Positions 41,343 to 53,601 of a stretch of 64,000 nucleotides of DNA are shown in pieces. Each line of letters begins with the position of its first letter. Within the stretch, counting starts at the first letter, position 1. Made by a program: the position numbers and the translations under genes. Source of the DNA: Octopus vulgaris (Eukaryota). The notes under the pieces were generated by a model. The model was not told where the DNA came from. It saw only the letters and a list, made by a program, of their open reading frames with translations, and did not search any database. The stretch spans positions 21,266,001-21,330,000 of the forward strand of contig OX597833.1 in NCBI GenBank assembly GCA_951406725.2, read 5' to 3'.

Positions 41343-41617
41343 GTATGTATATGTATACCTTAAACCTTTTACCTTTTACTTGTTTTAGTGATTAGACCGT
41401 GGCCATTCTGGGGCACCGCCTTGAAGAATTGTTTATCGAACGAATCGACCCTAGCACTTTGCATTCAATAGTGCAGTGGCAGTTCTCATACCAACAATTT
41501 GGCTGCTTCATTGAATATTTGATGAGATCCGAACCATTGATGTGAAACCTCGGAAGATACTGACCAGCACAAATGCTTTCCACCTAAATACTTTCCACAT
41601 AAACATTAACATAAACC

Positions 41618-41755
41618 TAGCTTGTTTACCAACCACATGGTTCCGGGTTCAGTCCCACTGCGTGGAACCTTGGGCAAGTGTCTTCTACTATAGCCTCGGG
41701 CCGACCAAAGCCTTGTGAGTGGATTTGGTAGACGGAAACTGAAAGAAGCCCGTCG

Positions 41756-41827
<72 letters not shown>

Positions 41828-42048
41828 TGTGTGTGTTTGTGTATCTGTGTTTGTCCCCCTAGCATTGCTTGACAACCGATGCTGGTTTGTTTATGTCCCC
41901 GTTACTTAGCGGTTCGGCAAAAGAGACCGATAGAATAAGTACTGGACTTACAAAAGAATAAGTCCCGGGTCGAGTTGCTCTATTAAAGGTGGTGCTCCAG
42001 CATGGCCGCAGTCAAATGACTGAAACAAGTAAAAGAGTAAAAGAGTAA
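41618..42048 (+). mobile_element. SINE family B
   Basis: Family homology. Confidence 0.9.
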
Positions 42049-43303
42049 GGTGACAGAGGCTTTTGTCAATCCAGACTGCTTTTGAATGTCGTATCATATG
42101 CCTTCGGCAACACCTTTTAACTACCAAGTGTCAAAGTGCATCCTTTGACGAAGTTTACATACATGAGGCTGATAACATCATATGACTTGGAAGGCAGTTC
42201 CTTGAGCAGCATTCCTTGTATGATTACCTTAAATACATGCCCAAATGAGTCGCACGACACTACTGCAACGTATCATCAGATGAAAGGCTGAGCCTATATC
42301 AGCAGAAGACCGTGCATGGATATGTTAGTAGAAAGCTCCAAAATGAAAGTAACATTGATCATCAAAGCAGTCTATCATGAAGCAACAGCCAGATTACTAC
42401 CTCCCACTTTGAAGGGTATGGGTTTGCGATCCAGGAACAAGAAATATCAATCAAATACCTGATGCACAAAAGGGACAAAGATGCAGGAAAAGCAGTAAAA
42501 TATGATAACCGATGCAGAATTTGTGGAATTAACACCGAAGATATCAGCCACATCATAAGCAGTTGTCCGAAAACGCCATTACGGTATTTTCCTACAGATG
42601 GGACATGATGGTGGGACAAATTATCATTATAGCTAGGACACTGTATAATGAGATCCGTCGGAAGGATAACCTCGAGGTTAAAGAAATGAGATCCTACAGT
42701 ATGGTAGAAGCCATGGCCACTGATAATAAAAAAGGAGTACTGGTGAAATGTCCTAGTGAAAACCTCAATAAAATGCAAACACAATAGACGTGACATAATA
42801 ATTTGGGATAGAAACTGTGTACAGTTGTGGAAATCAGCTGCCCAGCGGATGTTATCATAAAGTTAAAGATCAGCGAAAAAGAAAATATGCTGAACTGGTG
42901 CGGAATCTACAGCTACACTATCCAGATTACAAGTTCAGGTTTACACCTGTAATTATTAGGACACTGGGATATGTAACACATTGCCTATATACCAATCTTG
43001 AGAGATTAGTCTTCTCAAAACCAGAAAAGAGAGAGCTAATTCGAAGACTACAGATTCAAGTCCTCATTGGAACAGTAAAAACCTATAAAACTTTCTAGAG
43101 GTTTAACATTTAAGTATATATGAGTATGTCTAAACATGCAAGTATATGCATGAACATGCATACATAAAACAAAACATACAAATTTGCACATATACATACA
43201 TACAAAAATACCCCGTTGAAATTCCAGAGAAGGAAGCTTGGATCTAGGTTACAAACCGGGTCTTATTCTATTGGCAAAAAATCTTGAAATAAAACTGAAT
43301 AAT
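42049..43303 (+). mobile_element. 3' fragment of a second R4-like (RLE) non-LTR retrotransposon family, decayed, ending in (ACAT)n
   Basis: GDRG.., HGYV, FAIQEQEI, CRICGINTEDISHIISSCP, HNRRDIIIWDR, VEISCPADV, KYAELVRNLQ..FTPVIIRTLG; 3' UTR ends AATAAAACTGAATAATG then (ACAT)n. Confidence 0.8.
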
Positions 43304-43758
43304 GACATACATACATACATACATGCATACATACATACATACATACAAATATACATATATACATACATACATACATACATACATACTTACATACATACGT
43401 ACATGCATACATACATATATACATACATAAATACATACATACATACATACATACATACATACATACATACATACATACATACATACATACATAACTTATG
43501 AAAGAACAAACAGAAAGCACAAATAAAGCGAGAAGAGAAGACATCGATCTATTTGAAACAAATAATTGAATGAGGTAAGAGAAATGAGAAGGGGTAACGG
43601 AAGAAGAGGTGAATATTGATGGAATGGAAGCGGGAAGAGGGTGGAAGGGCATGTCAAGCTGACTTACATCATCTTTAAGTGTGCGGGCTATATTGCATCA
43701 ATAAGTCGATAAGCAACATAATAACGGAACGTAAACATACATTTATGTATATGATATA

Positions 43759-43797
<39 letters not shown>

Positions 43798-43847
43798 AAG
43801 GGTGTTGAAAATACAGGAGGATCAGTTAATTACGATTTTATTGAACA

Positions 43848-44115
43848 CTAGCAGTATCGCCCGGCGTTGCTCGGGTTTCTTTCGACCCTTTAGAATTGGA
43901 ATTTTTGAAAAGTAAAAATTTCGCAGTATGTAGCTTGTTATTCTCTTTAAGTGAAATACACCGAAAAATGGCGACACAGCAGTCAAAACATCGTAAAAAA
44001 TAGGGATTTTCATAGAAAAAAGGCACCTTTTTGATGTAAATAATTTTTGGTGTTAACATGGTCCGATTTGAATTTTTTCTTCTACGGAAGGAAGAGCCTT
44101 CTCCTATCATACTCT
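43848..44115 (-). mobile_element. 3' part of the Helitron-like family seen at 9088-9479
   Basis: A-CTAG-CAGTATCGCCCGGCGTTGCTCGGG is the reverse complement of hairpin+CTAG|T; continuous homology to ~9195-9479. Confidence 0.8.
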
Positions 44116-44124
44116 CATATATAT

Positions 44125-47100
44125 AATTCTCCCTGGGCAAATAAATTATCTTTATTGCTGAAAAGAAAGAAACTGCAGTCTGAGAATTACCGGTTTAGTA
44201 AATGTTTTTATCTTCATTTCACTTAATTTATCAAGCTTCTGTATTCCTAGCACATATTTCGCCTTAATGTACTGATATATGAAAAATATATGGCTTGTGT
44301 TAGTAATACCAGCGATTATAATTATTTTTATTTTATCGCAATTTGATTTGTTTACTTATTTCTCGATAAATTATGAGCGCCAGGCGATATACCAGAATTC
44401 CCTAGTGTTGTCGGGACGTTCGGAGTCTGCGCAGTGATATGATTAGTTAGGGAGAGTAATTCATTAGACGCACATGCTTCGAGTGAGTTAGGATCCCAGA
44501 AAAACAGGGTCTCACTGAAGAATTCTCCCTGGGCAAATAAATTATCTTTATTGCTGAAAAGAAAGAAACTGCAGTCTGAGAATTACCGGTTTAGTAAATG
44601 TTTTTATCTTCATTTCACTTAATTTATCAAGCTTCTGTATTCCTAGCACATATTTCGCCTTAATGTACTGATATATGAAAAATATATGGCTTGTGTTAGT
44701 AATACCAGCGATTATAATTATTTTTATTTTATCGCAATTTGATTTGTTTACTTATTTCTCGATAAATTATGAGCGCCAGGCGATATACCAGAATTCCCTA
44801 GTGTTGTCGGGACGTTCGGAGTCTGCGCAGTGATATGATTAGTTAGGGAGAGTAATTCATTAGACGCACATGCTTCTAGTGAGTTAGGATCCCAGAAAAA
44901 CAGGGTCTCACTGAAGAATTCTCCCTGGGCAAATAAATTATCTTTATTGCTGAAAAGAAAGAAACTGCAGTCTGAGAATTACCGGTTTAGTAAATGTTTT
45001 TATCTTCATTTCACTTAATTTATCAAGCTTCTGTATTCCTAGCACATATTTCGCCTTAATGTACTGATATATGAAAAATATATGGCTTGTGTTAGTAATA
45101 CCAGCGATTATAATTATTTTTATTTTATCGCAATTTGATTTGTTTACTTATTTCTCGATAAATTATGAGCGCCAGGCGATATACCAGAATTCCCTAGTGT
45201 TGTCGGGACGTTCGGAGTCTGCGCAGTGATATGATTAGTTAGGGAGAGTAATTCATTAGACGCACATGCTTCTAGTGAGTTAGGATCCCAGAAAAACAGG
45301 GTCTCACTGAAGAATTCTCCCTGGGCAAATAAATTATCTTTATTGCTGAAAAGAAAGAAACTGCAGTCTGAGAATTACCGGTTTAGTAAATGTTTTTATC
45401 TTCATTTCACTTAATTTATCAAGCTTCTGTATTCCTAGCACATATTTCGCCTTAATGTACTGATATATGAAAAATATATGGCTTGTGTTAGTAATACCAG
45501 CGATTATAATTATTTTTATTTTATCGCAATTTGATTTGTTTACTTATTTCTCGATAAATTATGAGCGCCAGGCGATATACCAGAATTCCCTAGTGTTGTC
45601 GGGACGTTCGGAGTCTGCGCAGTGATATGATTAGTTAGGGAGAGTAATTCATTAGACGCACATGCTTCTAGTGAGTTAGGATCCCAGAAAAACAGGGTCT
45701 CACTGAAGAATTCTCCCTGGGCAAATAAATTATCTTTATTGCTGAAAAGAAAGAAACTGCAGTCTGAGAATTACCGGTTTAGTAAATGTTTTTATCTTCA
45801 TTTCACTTAATTTATCAAGCTTCTGTATTCCTAGCACATATTTCGCCTTAATGTACTGATATATGAAAAATATATGGCTTGTGTTAGTAATACCAGCGAT
45901 TATAATTATTTTTATTTTATCGCAATTTGATTTGTTTACTTATTTCTCGATAAATTATGAGCGCCAGGCGATATACCAGAATTCCCTAGTGTTGTCGGGA
46001 CGTTCGGAGTCTGCGCAGTGATATGATTAGTTAGGGAGAGTAATTCATTAGACGCACATGCTTCTAGTGAGTTAGGATCCCAGAAAAACAGGGTCTCACT
46101 GAAGAATTCTCCTGGGCAAATAAATTATCTTTATTGCTGAAAAGAAAGAAACTGCAGTCTGAGAATTACCGGTTTAGTAAATGTTTTTATCTTCATTTCA
46201 CTTAATTTATCAAGCTTCTGTATTCCTAGCACATATTTCGCCTTAATGTACTGATATATGAAAAATATATGGCTTGTGTTAGTAATACCAGCGATTATAA
46301 TTATTTTTATTTTATCGCAATTTGATTTGTTTACTTATTTCTCGATAAATTATGAGCGCCAGGCGATATACCAGAATTCCTAGTGTTGTCGGGACGTTCG
46401 GAGTCTGCGCAGTGATATGATTAGTTAGGGAGAGTAATTCATTAGACGCACATGCTTCGAGTGAGTTAGGATCCCAGAAAAACAGGGTCTCACTGAAGAA
46501 TTCTCCCTGGGCAAATAAATTATCTTTATTGCTGAAAAGAAAGAAACTGCAGTCTGAGAATTACCGGTTTAGTAAATGTTTTTATCTTCATTTCACTTAA
46601 TTTATCAAGCTTCTGTATTCCTAGCACATATTTCGCCTTAATGTACTGATATATGAAAAATATATGGCTTGTGTTAGTAATACCAGCGATTATAATTATT
46701 TTTATTTTATCGCAATTTGATTTGTTTAATTATTTCTCGATAAATTATGAGCGCCAGGCGATATACCAGAATTCCCTAGTGTTGTCGGGACGTTCGGAGT
46801 CTGCGCAGTGATATGATTAGTTAGGGAGAGTAATTCATTAGACGCACATGCTTCTAGTGAGTTAGGATCCCAGAAAAACAGGGTCTCACTGAAGAATTCT
46901 CCCTGGGCAAATAAATTATCTTTATTGCTGAAAAGAAAGAAACTGCAGTCTGAGAATTACCGGTTTAGTAAATGTTTTTATCTTCATTTCACTTAATTTA
47001 TCAAGCTTCTGTATTCCTAGCACATATTTCGCCTTAATGTACTGATATATGAAAAATATATGGCTTGTGTTAGTAATACCAGCGATTATAATTATTTTTA

Positions 47101-47911
47101 TTTTATCGCAATTTGATTTGTTTACTTATTTCTCGATAAATTATGAGCGCCAGGCGATATACCAGAATTCCCTAGTGTTGTCGGGACGTTCGGAGTCTGC
47201 GCAGTGATATGATTAGTTAGGGAGAGTAATTCATTAGACGCACATGCTTCTAGTGAGTTAGGATCCCAGAAAAACAGGGTCTCACTGAAGAATTCTCCCT
47301 GGGCAAATAAATTATCTTTATTGCTGAAAAGAAAGAAACTGCAGTCTGAGAATTACCGGTTTAGTAAATGTTTTTATCTTCATTTCACTTAATTTATCAA
47401 GCTTCTGTATTCCTAGCACATATTTCGCCTTAATGTACTGATATATGAAAAATATATGGCTTGTGTTAGTAATACCAGCGATTATAATTATTTTTATTTT
47501 ATCGCAATTTGATTTGTTTACTTATTTCTCGATAAATTATGAGCGCCAGGCGATATACCAGAATTCCCTAGTGTTGTCGGGACGTTCGGAGTCTGCGCAG
47601 TGATATGATTAGTTAGGGAGAGTAATTCATTAGACGCACATGCTTCTAGTGAGTTAGGATCCCAGAAAAACAGGGTCTCACTGAAGAATTCTCCCTGGGC
47701 AAATAAATTATCTTTATTGCTGAAAAGAAAGAAACTGCAGTCTGAGAATTACCGGTTTAGTAAATGTTTTTATCTTCATTTCACTTAATTTATCAAGCTT
47801 CTGTATTCCTAGCACATATTTCGCCTTAATGTACTGATATATGAAAAATATATGGCTTGTGTTAGTAATACCAGCGATTATAATTATTTTTATTTTATCG
47901 CAATTTGATTT

Positions 47912-47916
<5 letters not shown>
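44125..47916 (+). repeat. 396-bp tandem array (~9.6 near-identical units), each with a hammerhead ribozyme; non-LTR retrozyme-like element
   Basis: Unit starts (AATTCTCC..) at 44125, 44521, 44917, 45313, 45709, 46105, 46499, 46895, 47291, 47687; very few differences between units; flanked by TA repeats. Confidence 0.9.
44510..44581 (+). ncRNA. Type I hammerhead ribozyme, first of 9 complete copies in the array
   Basis: TCTCA-CTGAAGA-A-TTCT...AGAA-A-GAAA-CTGCAGT-C-TGAGA: canonical core, 5-bp helix I, helix II with apical GCAAATAAA/TTTATTGC hairpin, palindromic ACTGCAGT helix III, GUC site at 44576. Confidence 0.85.
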
Positions 47917-47960
<44 letters not shown>

Positions 47961-47966
47961 TATATG

Positions 47967-48034
<68 letters not shown>

Positions 48035-48414
48035 GAATTTTACGCCTGCGCATTTTGAATTTGTTGACACTGTTTAGTTGGAGTGGTTCATTTGAAGCGA
48101 CAAGTTCGCTGATAGGTAAAGTTCCTTCTTTTTAGTGTTTCCAAATCCAAATTAAGAAATTTTGAGCTGACGAAAGAAATGCTGATTTTATTTGGCTAAT
48201 CTTGAAACGTTGACGTACTCAAACGATCTATGTACTTGTGATATTTTTCTGTATTTACCCCCAAACCTTCGTGAGCTGTCTGGAGTAAACATTATCTGAG
48301 AGAAATTTTCTTTAAGTAGTAGAAATGCTAAGAAAAATTTTTTTTGGCTGCTATTTCTACTAAGTTCAGTATGTGGCAAAGTAATTTATTTTACTAAGCC
48401 CTAATTATATAATA

Positions 48415-48477
<63 letters not shown>

Positions 48478-48719
48478 TACGAAAAAACCCTCCAGGCTAC
48501 ATCCCGAAAATTCATTTCTTTGCCGAATTTCTACAATGTTTACGGCGATTCGTGTTTATATATTGATTTTTTTTTTCATGCAATTTACGCATGCTTGCAC
48601 GCGTGGTGAACACAGTTCACGTCAAACAGCTGACTGAGTAAAGTTCACTATTCAATGCATGGGATAAGGCCTAAACAAACACATTATCGATTTTTGCACT
48701 TGCGAGATGAATTTCGGAA

Positions 48720-48890
48720 CAGAAATAGGGCTGTTCAAATTTTCATTCGCCTAAACTTTAAGTGACCCAGTTTTTGTGGTTCTACGATTTGTTGGCTAGG
48801 AAGAGATGTGCCGGGAAGTTAAACACACACACACACACGCACACTGATACACACACAGACACACAAATTGAGTTTTATATATACAGAAGA
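48720..48890 (-). mobile_element. Helitron-like 5' end (a different family from 9088)
   Basis: Reverse complement A|TCTTCTGTATATATAAAACTCAATTTGTGTGTCTGTGTG..., the usual TC-TATATAAAA-microsatellite start. Confidence 0.5.
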
Positions 48891-49043
48891 TATCCCCTCT
48901 CAGATTCACTCACTTATTGCAAATGTTCTTCAGTTTTTCTGAGCCCTGTAAAAGAACTCGGAAAACTGGGCCTCTAACTAGACCTTTCGTGATACCCTTA
49001 AAACCAGGAACTTTTCACCACCAACACCTGTATTTTAACAAAA

Positions 49044-49081
49044 CTTTCCGACGAGCGGGAACGTGAAACTCCGAGTAACAG
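49044..49081 (+). ncRNA. Minimal type I hammerhead motif (family F), U4C variant
   Basis: CTTT-CCGACGA-GCG(GGAA)CGT-GAAA-CTC-C-GAGT-A-ACAG, followed by the same TTTTGTT..TTTCTGCTGCTT..AAATAAAG(TA)n tail as 12411. Confidence 0.6.
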
Positions 49082-49114
49082 CTTTTGTTATATTTCTGCT
49101 GCTTTTAAATAAAG

Positions 49115-49146
<32 letters not shown>

Positions 49147-49182
49147 CATACATACATACATACATACATACACACACACATA

Positions 49183-49213
<31 letters not shown>

Positions 49214-49229
49214 TACATACATACATACA

Positions 49230-49304
<75 letters not shown>

Positions 49305-49519
49305 GTATATATGCATACATGCATACTCTCATATATTTGTATGTACATGCATACAAAATATTTTCGTACAATATGACCAATATCTTTCAATATATATATT
49401 CGATCCGACCAGTCCCTTCTCAGTAAGATTGGTGAAATTTGGTAGAGTCGCTATGCTACAGGAGCATAAACAAACCAAGACCGGTTGTTAAGGAATGGAG
49501 GAACAAACACAGGCACAAA

Positions 49520-50234
49520 AATATATACATACACACAGACACACACACAACATACACGCACATACATACATACATTCATACATACATACATACACACACA
49601 CATACATACATACATACACATACATACACACACACATACATACATACACACATACACACATACATACATACATACATACACACATACATACATACATACA
49701 CACATACATACATATATATACATACATACATACATACATATACACATACATACATACATACATACATATGTACACATACATACATACACACATATGACCA
49801 TACATACATACATACATACACATACATACACACATACATACATACATACACACAGTCACATACATACATACATACATACATACATAGATACATGGAGGAT
49901 ACAAACATACAGGCACTAACATACATACATACATACACACATACATACATACATACATACATACATACACGCACATACATACATACATACACACATACAT
50001 ACATACATACATACATACATACATACACACACACATACATACATACATACATACATACACACATACATACATACATACATACATACATACATACACACAC
50101 ACATACATACATACATACATACATACATACATACATACATACATACATACATACATACATACATACATACATACATACATACATACATACATACATACAT
50201 ACATACATACATACATACATACATACATACATAC
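49520..50234. repeat. Long (TACA)n/(CA)n microsatellite
   Basis: Direct reading. Confidence 0.9.
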
Positions 50235-50580
50235 ATAACGGCCGGATATTGTTGTTTGGGACAGACAGGAAAAAGTATGTACCATCATTAAAGGTCACCT
50301 GTCCTGCTGATGTAAATATCATTTTGTAAATCAAAGAGTTAGAGGATAACTATGGACAGCTGCTTCGAAGACCAGATTATAAACTTACATTTATGCCAAG
50401 AATAATTGGTGCTCTTAGTTTTTTGAGTAAGTGCCTGACTGTCAGTCTGGATTGGATTTTCAGGAAAAGAAATCAAACAGCAAAGTCGCACATTACAAGC
50501 ACAATCTTTAAGCGGAACAATAAGCACAGTCTGTAAGCGGAACAATAAAGATATGCAAGACTTTTCCCAAGTTTAAAATG
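50232..50580 (+). mobile_element. Short 3' fragment of an R4-like RLE element related to 42049-43303
   Basis: HN.RPDIVVWDRQEKVCTII..TCPADVNI..EDNYGQLLR..DYKLTFMPRIIGAL. Confidence 0.7.
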
Positions 50581-50678
50581 CGACATTGTTTTTGTTATCT
50601 ACATTCCAAAGATGGAGTTTGGTATCTCTCTTAGAAACCAGCTCCTTCCTTAGAGGACGAAATTAAATGATTACAAAT

Positions 50679-50797
50679 GTTTAAGGCCATATCACTTTGA
50701 AAACACCGGTTCTCAACCGATCACCGAAGTTAAGCAACGTCGATCCTAGTTAGAACTTAGATGGGTGACCGCTTGGGAAACCTAGGTGCTGTAAACT
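50679..50797 (+). pseudogene. Solitary divergent 5S rRNA copy (pseudogene or variant)
   Basis: GTTTAAGGCCATATCAC..CCGATCACCGAAGTTAAGC..GTTAGAACTTAGATGGGTGACCGCTTGGGAA..GTGCTGTAAAC; full length (~119 nt), not in an array, no clean T4 terminator. Confidence 0.85.
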
Positions 50798-50810
50798 TCT
50801 TTCTATCTAT

Positions 50811-51605
<795 letters not shown>

Positions 51606-51624
51606 ATAAAAATGAGAAAAGAAG

Positions 51625-51648
51625 AGACACATACATACATACATGCAT

Positions 51649-51683
<35 letters not shown>

Positions 51684-52110
51684 TACATACATACATACAT
51701 ACATACATACATACATGCATACATACACACACACACACACATACATACATACATGCATACATACATACATAAATACATACATGCATACATGCATACATAC
51801 ATGCATACATACATACATACATACATACATACATGCATACATACATGCATACATACATGCATACATACATACATACATACACACACACTCATACATACAT
51901 GCATACATACATGTATGCATGCATACATACATACATACATACATACATACATACATACACAACACGCACACGACAGATTCATTCACAGGGCATTGGTCGA
52001 CGCGAGCTATAAGCAGAAGACACTTGCCCAAAGTGCTGTGCAGTGGGACTGAACCCGAAACCACATGGTTGCAAAGCGAGCTTCTTAACCCACACAACCA
52101 TACCTGAGCC
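51625..52110 (-). mobile_element. (TACA)n tract plus the head of a SINE family B copy
   Basis: Reverse-complement head at ~51975-52110. Confidence 0.7.
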
Positions 52111-52984
52111 TATGTACGCATGTACACTCACAAACAGATATGTAAATTCAGAGAGGTGTTTACATACACCCACAGTTTCCATGGAACATATCGTATATCC
52201 AGTATGAAGCGCTGACATTTTTATGCCGTTAATAGTGAAACAGCATAAATGTGAACTTTATACAAATGTCTGTGCATTTGCCTTAACGTGTATGTGCATG
52301 AACGCACGCACGTACGTACGTCCTCATGCACGTACGTACGCATGCATATGTGTGTATGTTTGTATGTGTGTGTATTGTGTATCTGTGTACTTGTCTCTAC
52401 ATATCATTCCAATGTTAGTAAATGCGCCACCGCCGCCGCCGACGACGACGACGGCGTCGGCGACGTCTTGTGTGTCTGCGAGTGTTTATCAAATTTTAGC
52501 AAAACAACGAGTCGGTTTCCTAGTATCAAGATTATGTATTAAATAGCATTAATACAATGTTAATAACTTCTGCCAAATGCCGGAAAACACTTGGAAAGTT
52601 TTGAAAATAATTTAACCCTACTGCTAATCTTGTGAATGCGAAGAATTCGGTTAGGAAGTCTGTTGGCTTTGTTTTCCTTTTTGTTTTTGTTTTTTGTTTT
52701 TTGTCTATTTGTTTTTGTGGGGGAGAGAATCTTAGACAGAGAGAGAGAAAGAGAATGAGAGACAGACAGACAAACAGCGCCACCTGGTTAAGCCTACTAC
52801 GTGGTCATGTGTTTAAGAAACTAGAGAGATACTCCCGGTGCTCACTCGATACGCTAGAATGAGCAGTTAAATCTCTCTCAAATAGTATCACAACTTCTTA
52901 AGAAGGGATGCGATATATAGTATACGGATGTGAGATTGACGGGACAGTCACAAATGGAACGCTTCATATAGTTTTACCACTTGT

Positions 52985-53370
52985 ATTGGCATCCTTTCTG
53001 TCTCGGGAGACAATGGAGTTGCGCATTTTTTTTTTTTTTTTTTTTTTTTTCTAGGTCTAGTCCGGCTGTTATATTTTATTTCCTGTTACATTTCTTGCTG
53101 TGGCTGTGTAGTCCTATCCTGGACAAACACTCCCTCTGGCAGGTACTGCAAATGTAGCGAAGACTGTTCCTGGCTGGTTGTAGTGCCATGGTCTCTTGTT
53201 TATGTCTCTTCCTTTCTTTCCATTTCTCCTCTCTCTCTTTCTGTCACTCCTCTGTATACCCTCTTTTACTGTACGTCGCCATTCTCCACGGTTGCCGGCG
53301 ACTGCCTCCCAACCGCTAATGTTGATGTTGCAGGCCTTCATATCCCTTTTGCAAACATCCTTGTAACGTA
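52985..53370 (-). mobile_element. RTE/BovB-like LINE 3' end
   Basis: KLRYKDVCKRDMKACNINISGWEAVAGNRGEWR..., RIGLHSH, and 3' UTR CCATTGTCTCCCGAGACAGAAAGGATGCC. Confidence 0.8.
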
Positions 53371-53601
53371 ATTTTAAACTAGTGCTAAACTACCGCAATC
53401 AAATACACCAATGGTTACCCCTCTACCTGTTCTGTGTATCAAATATGATACTCAAGATATGTCTATGCATCATATACGATTATATTCCAGTTCTTTTTTT
53501 TTTTTCAGCCATCAGAATAAATTAAGACTTATGAAAGGAAAGTTTTATATTCTTTTCTACTCTAGGCACAAGGCCGGAAATTTTTGGGGAGGGGACCAGC
53601 C

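Noticed and set aside
44125-47916. CRISPR-like array or coding tandem repeat
   Set aside because: Units are identical end to end with no unique spacers, the context is eukaryotic, and the unit has no substantial ORF
49439-50334. ORFs of 250-296 aa (HTYI/MYVC repeats)
   Set aside because: Translations of (TACA)n; only the last ~30 codons derive from a LINE fragment
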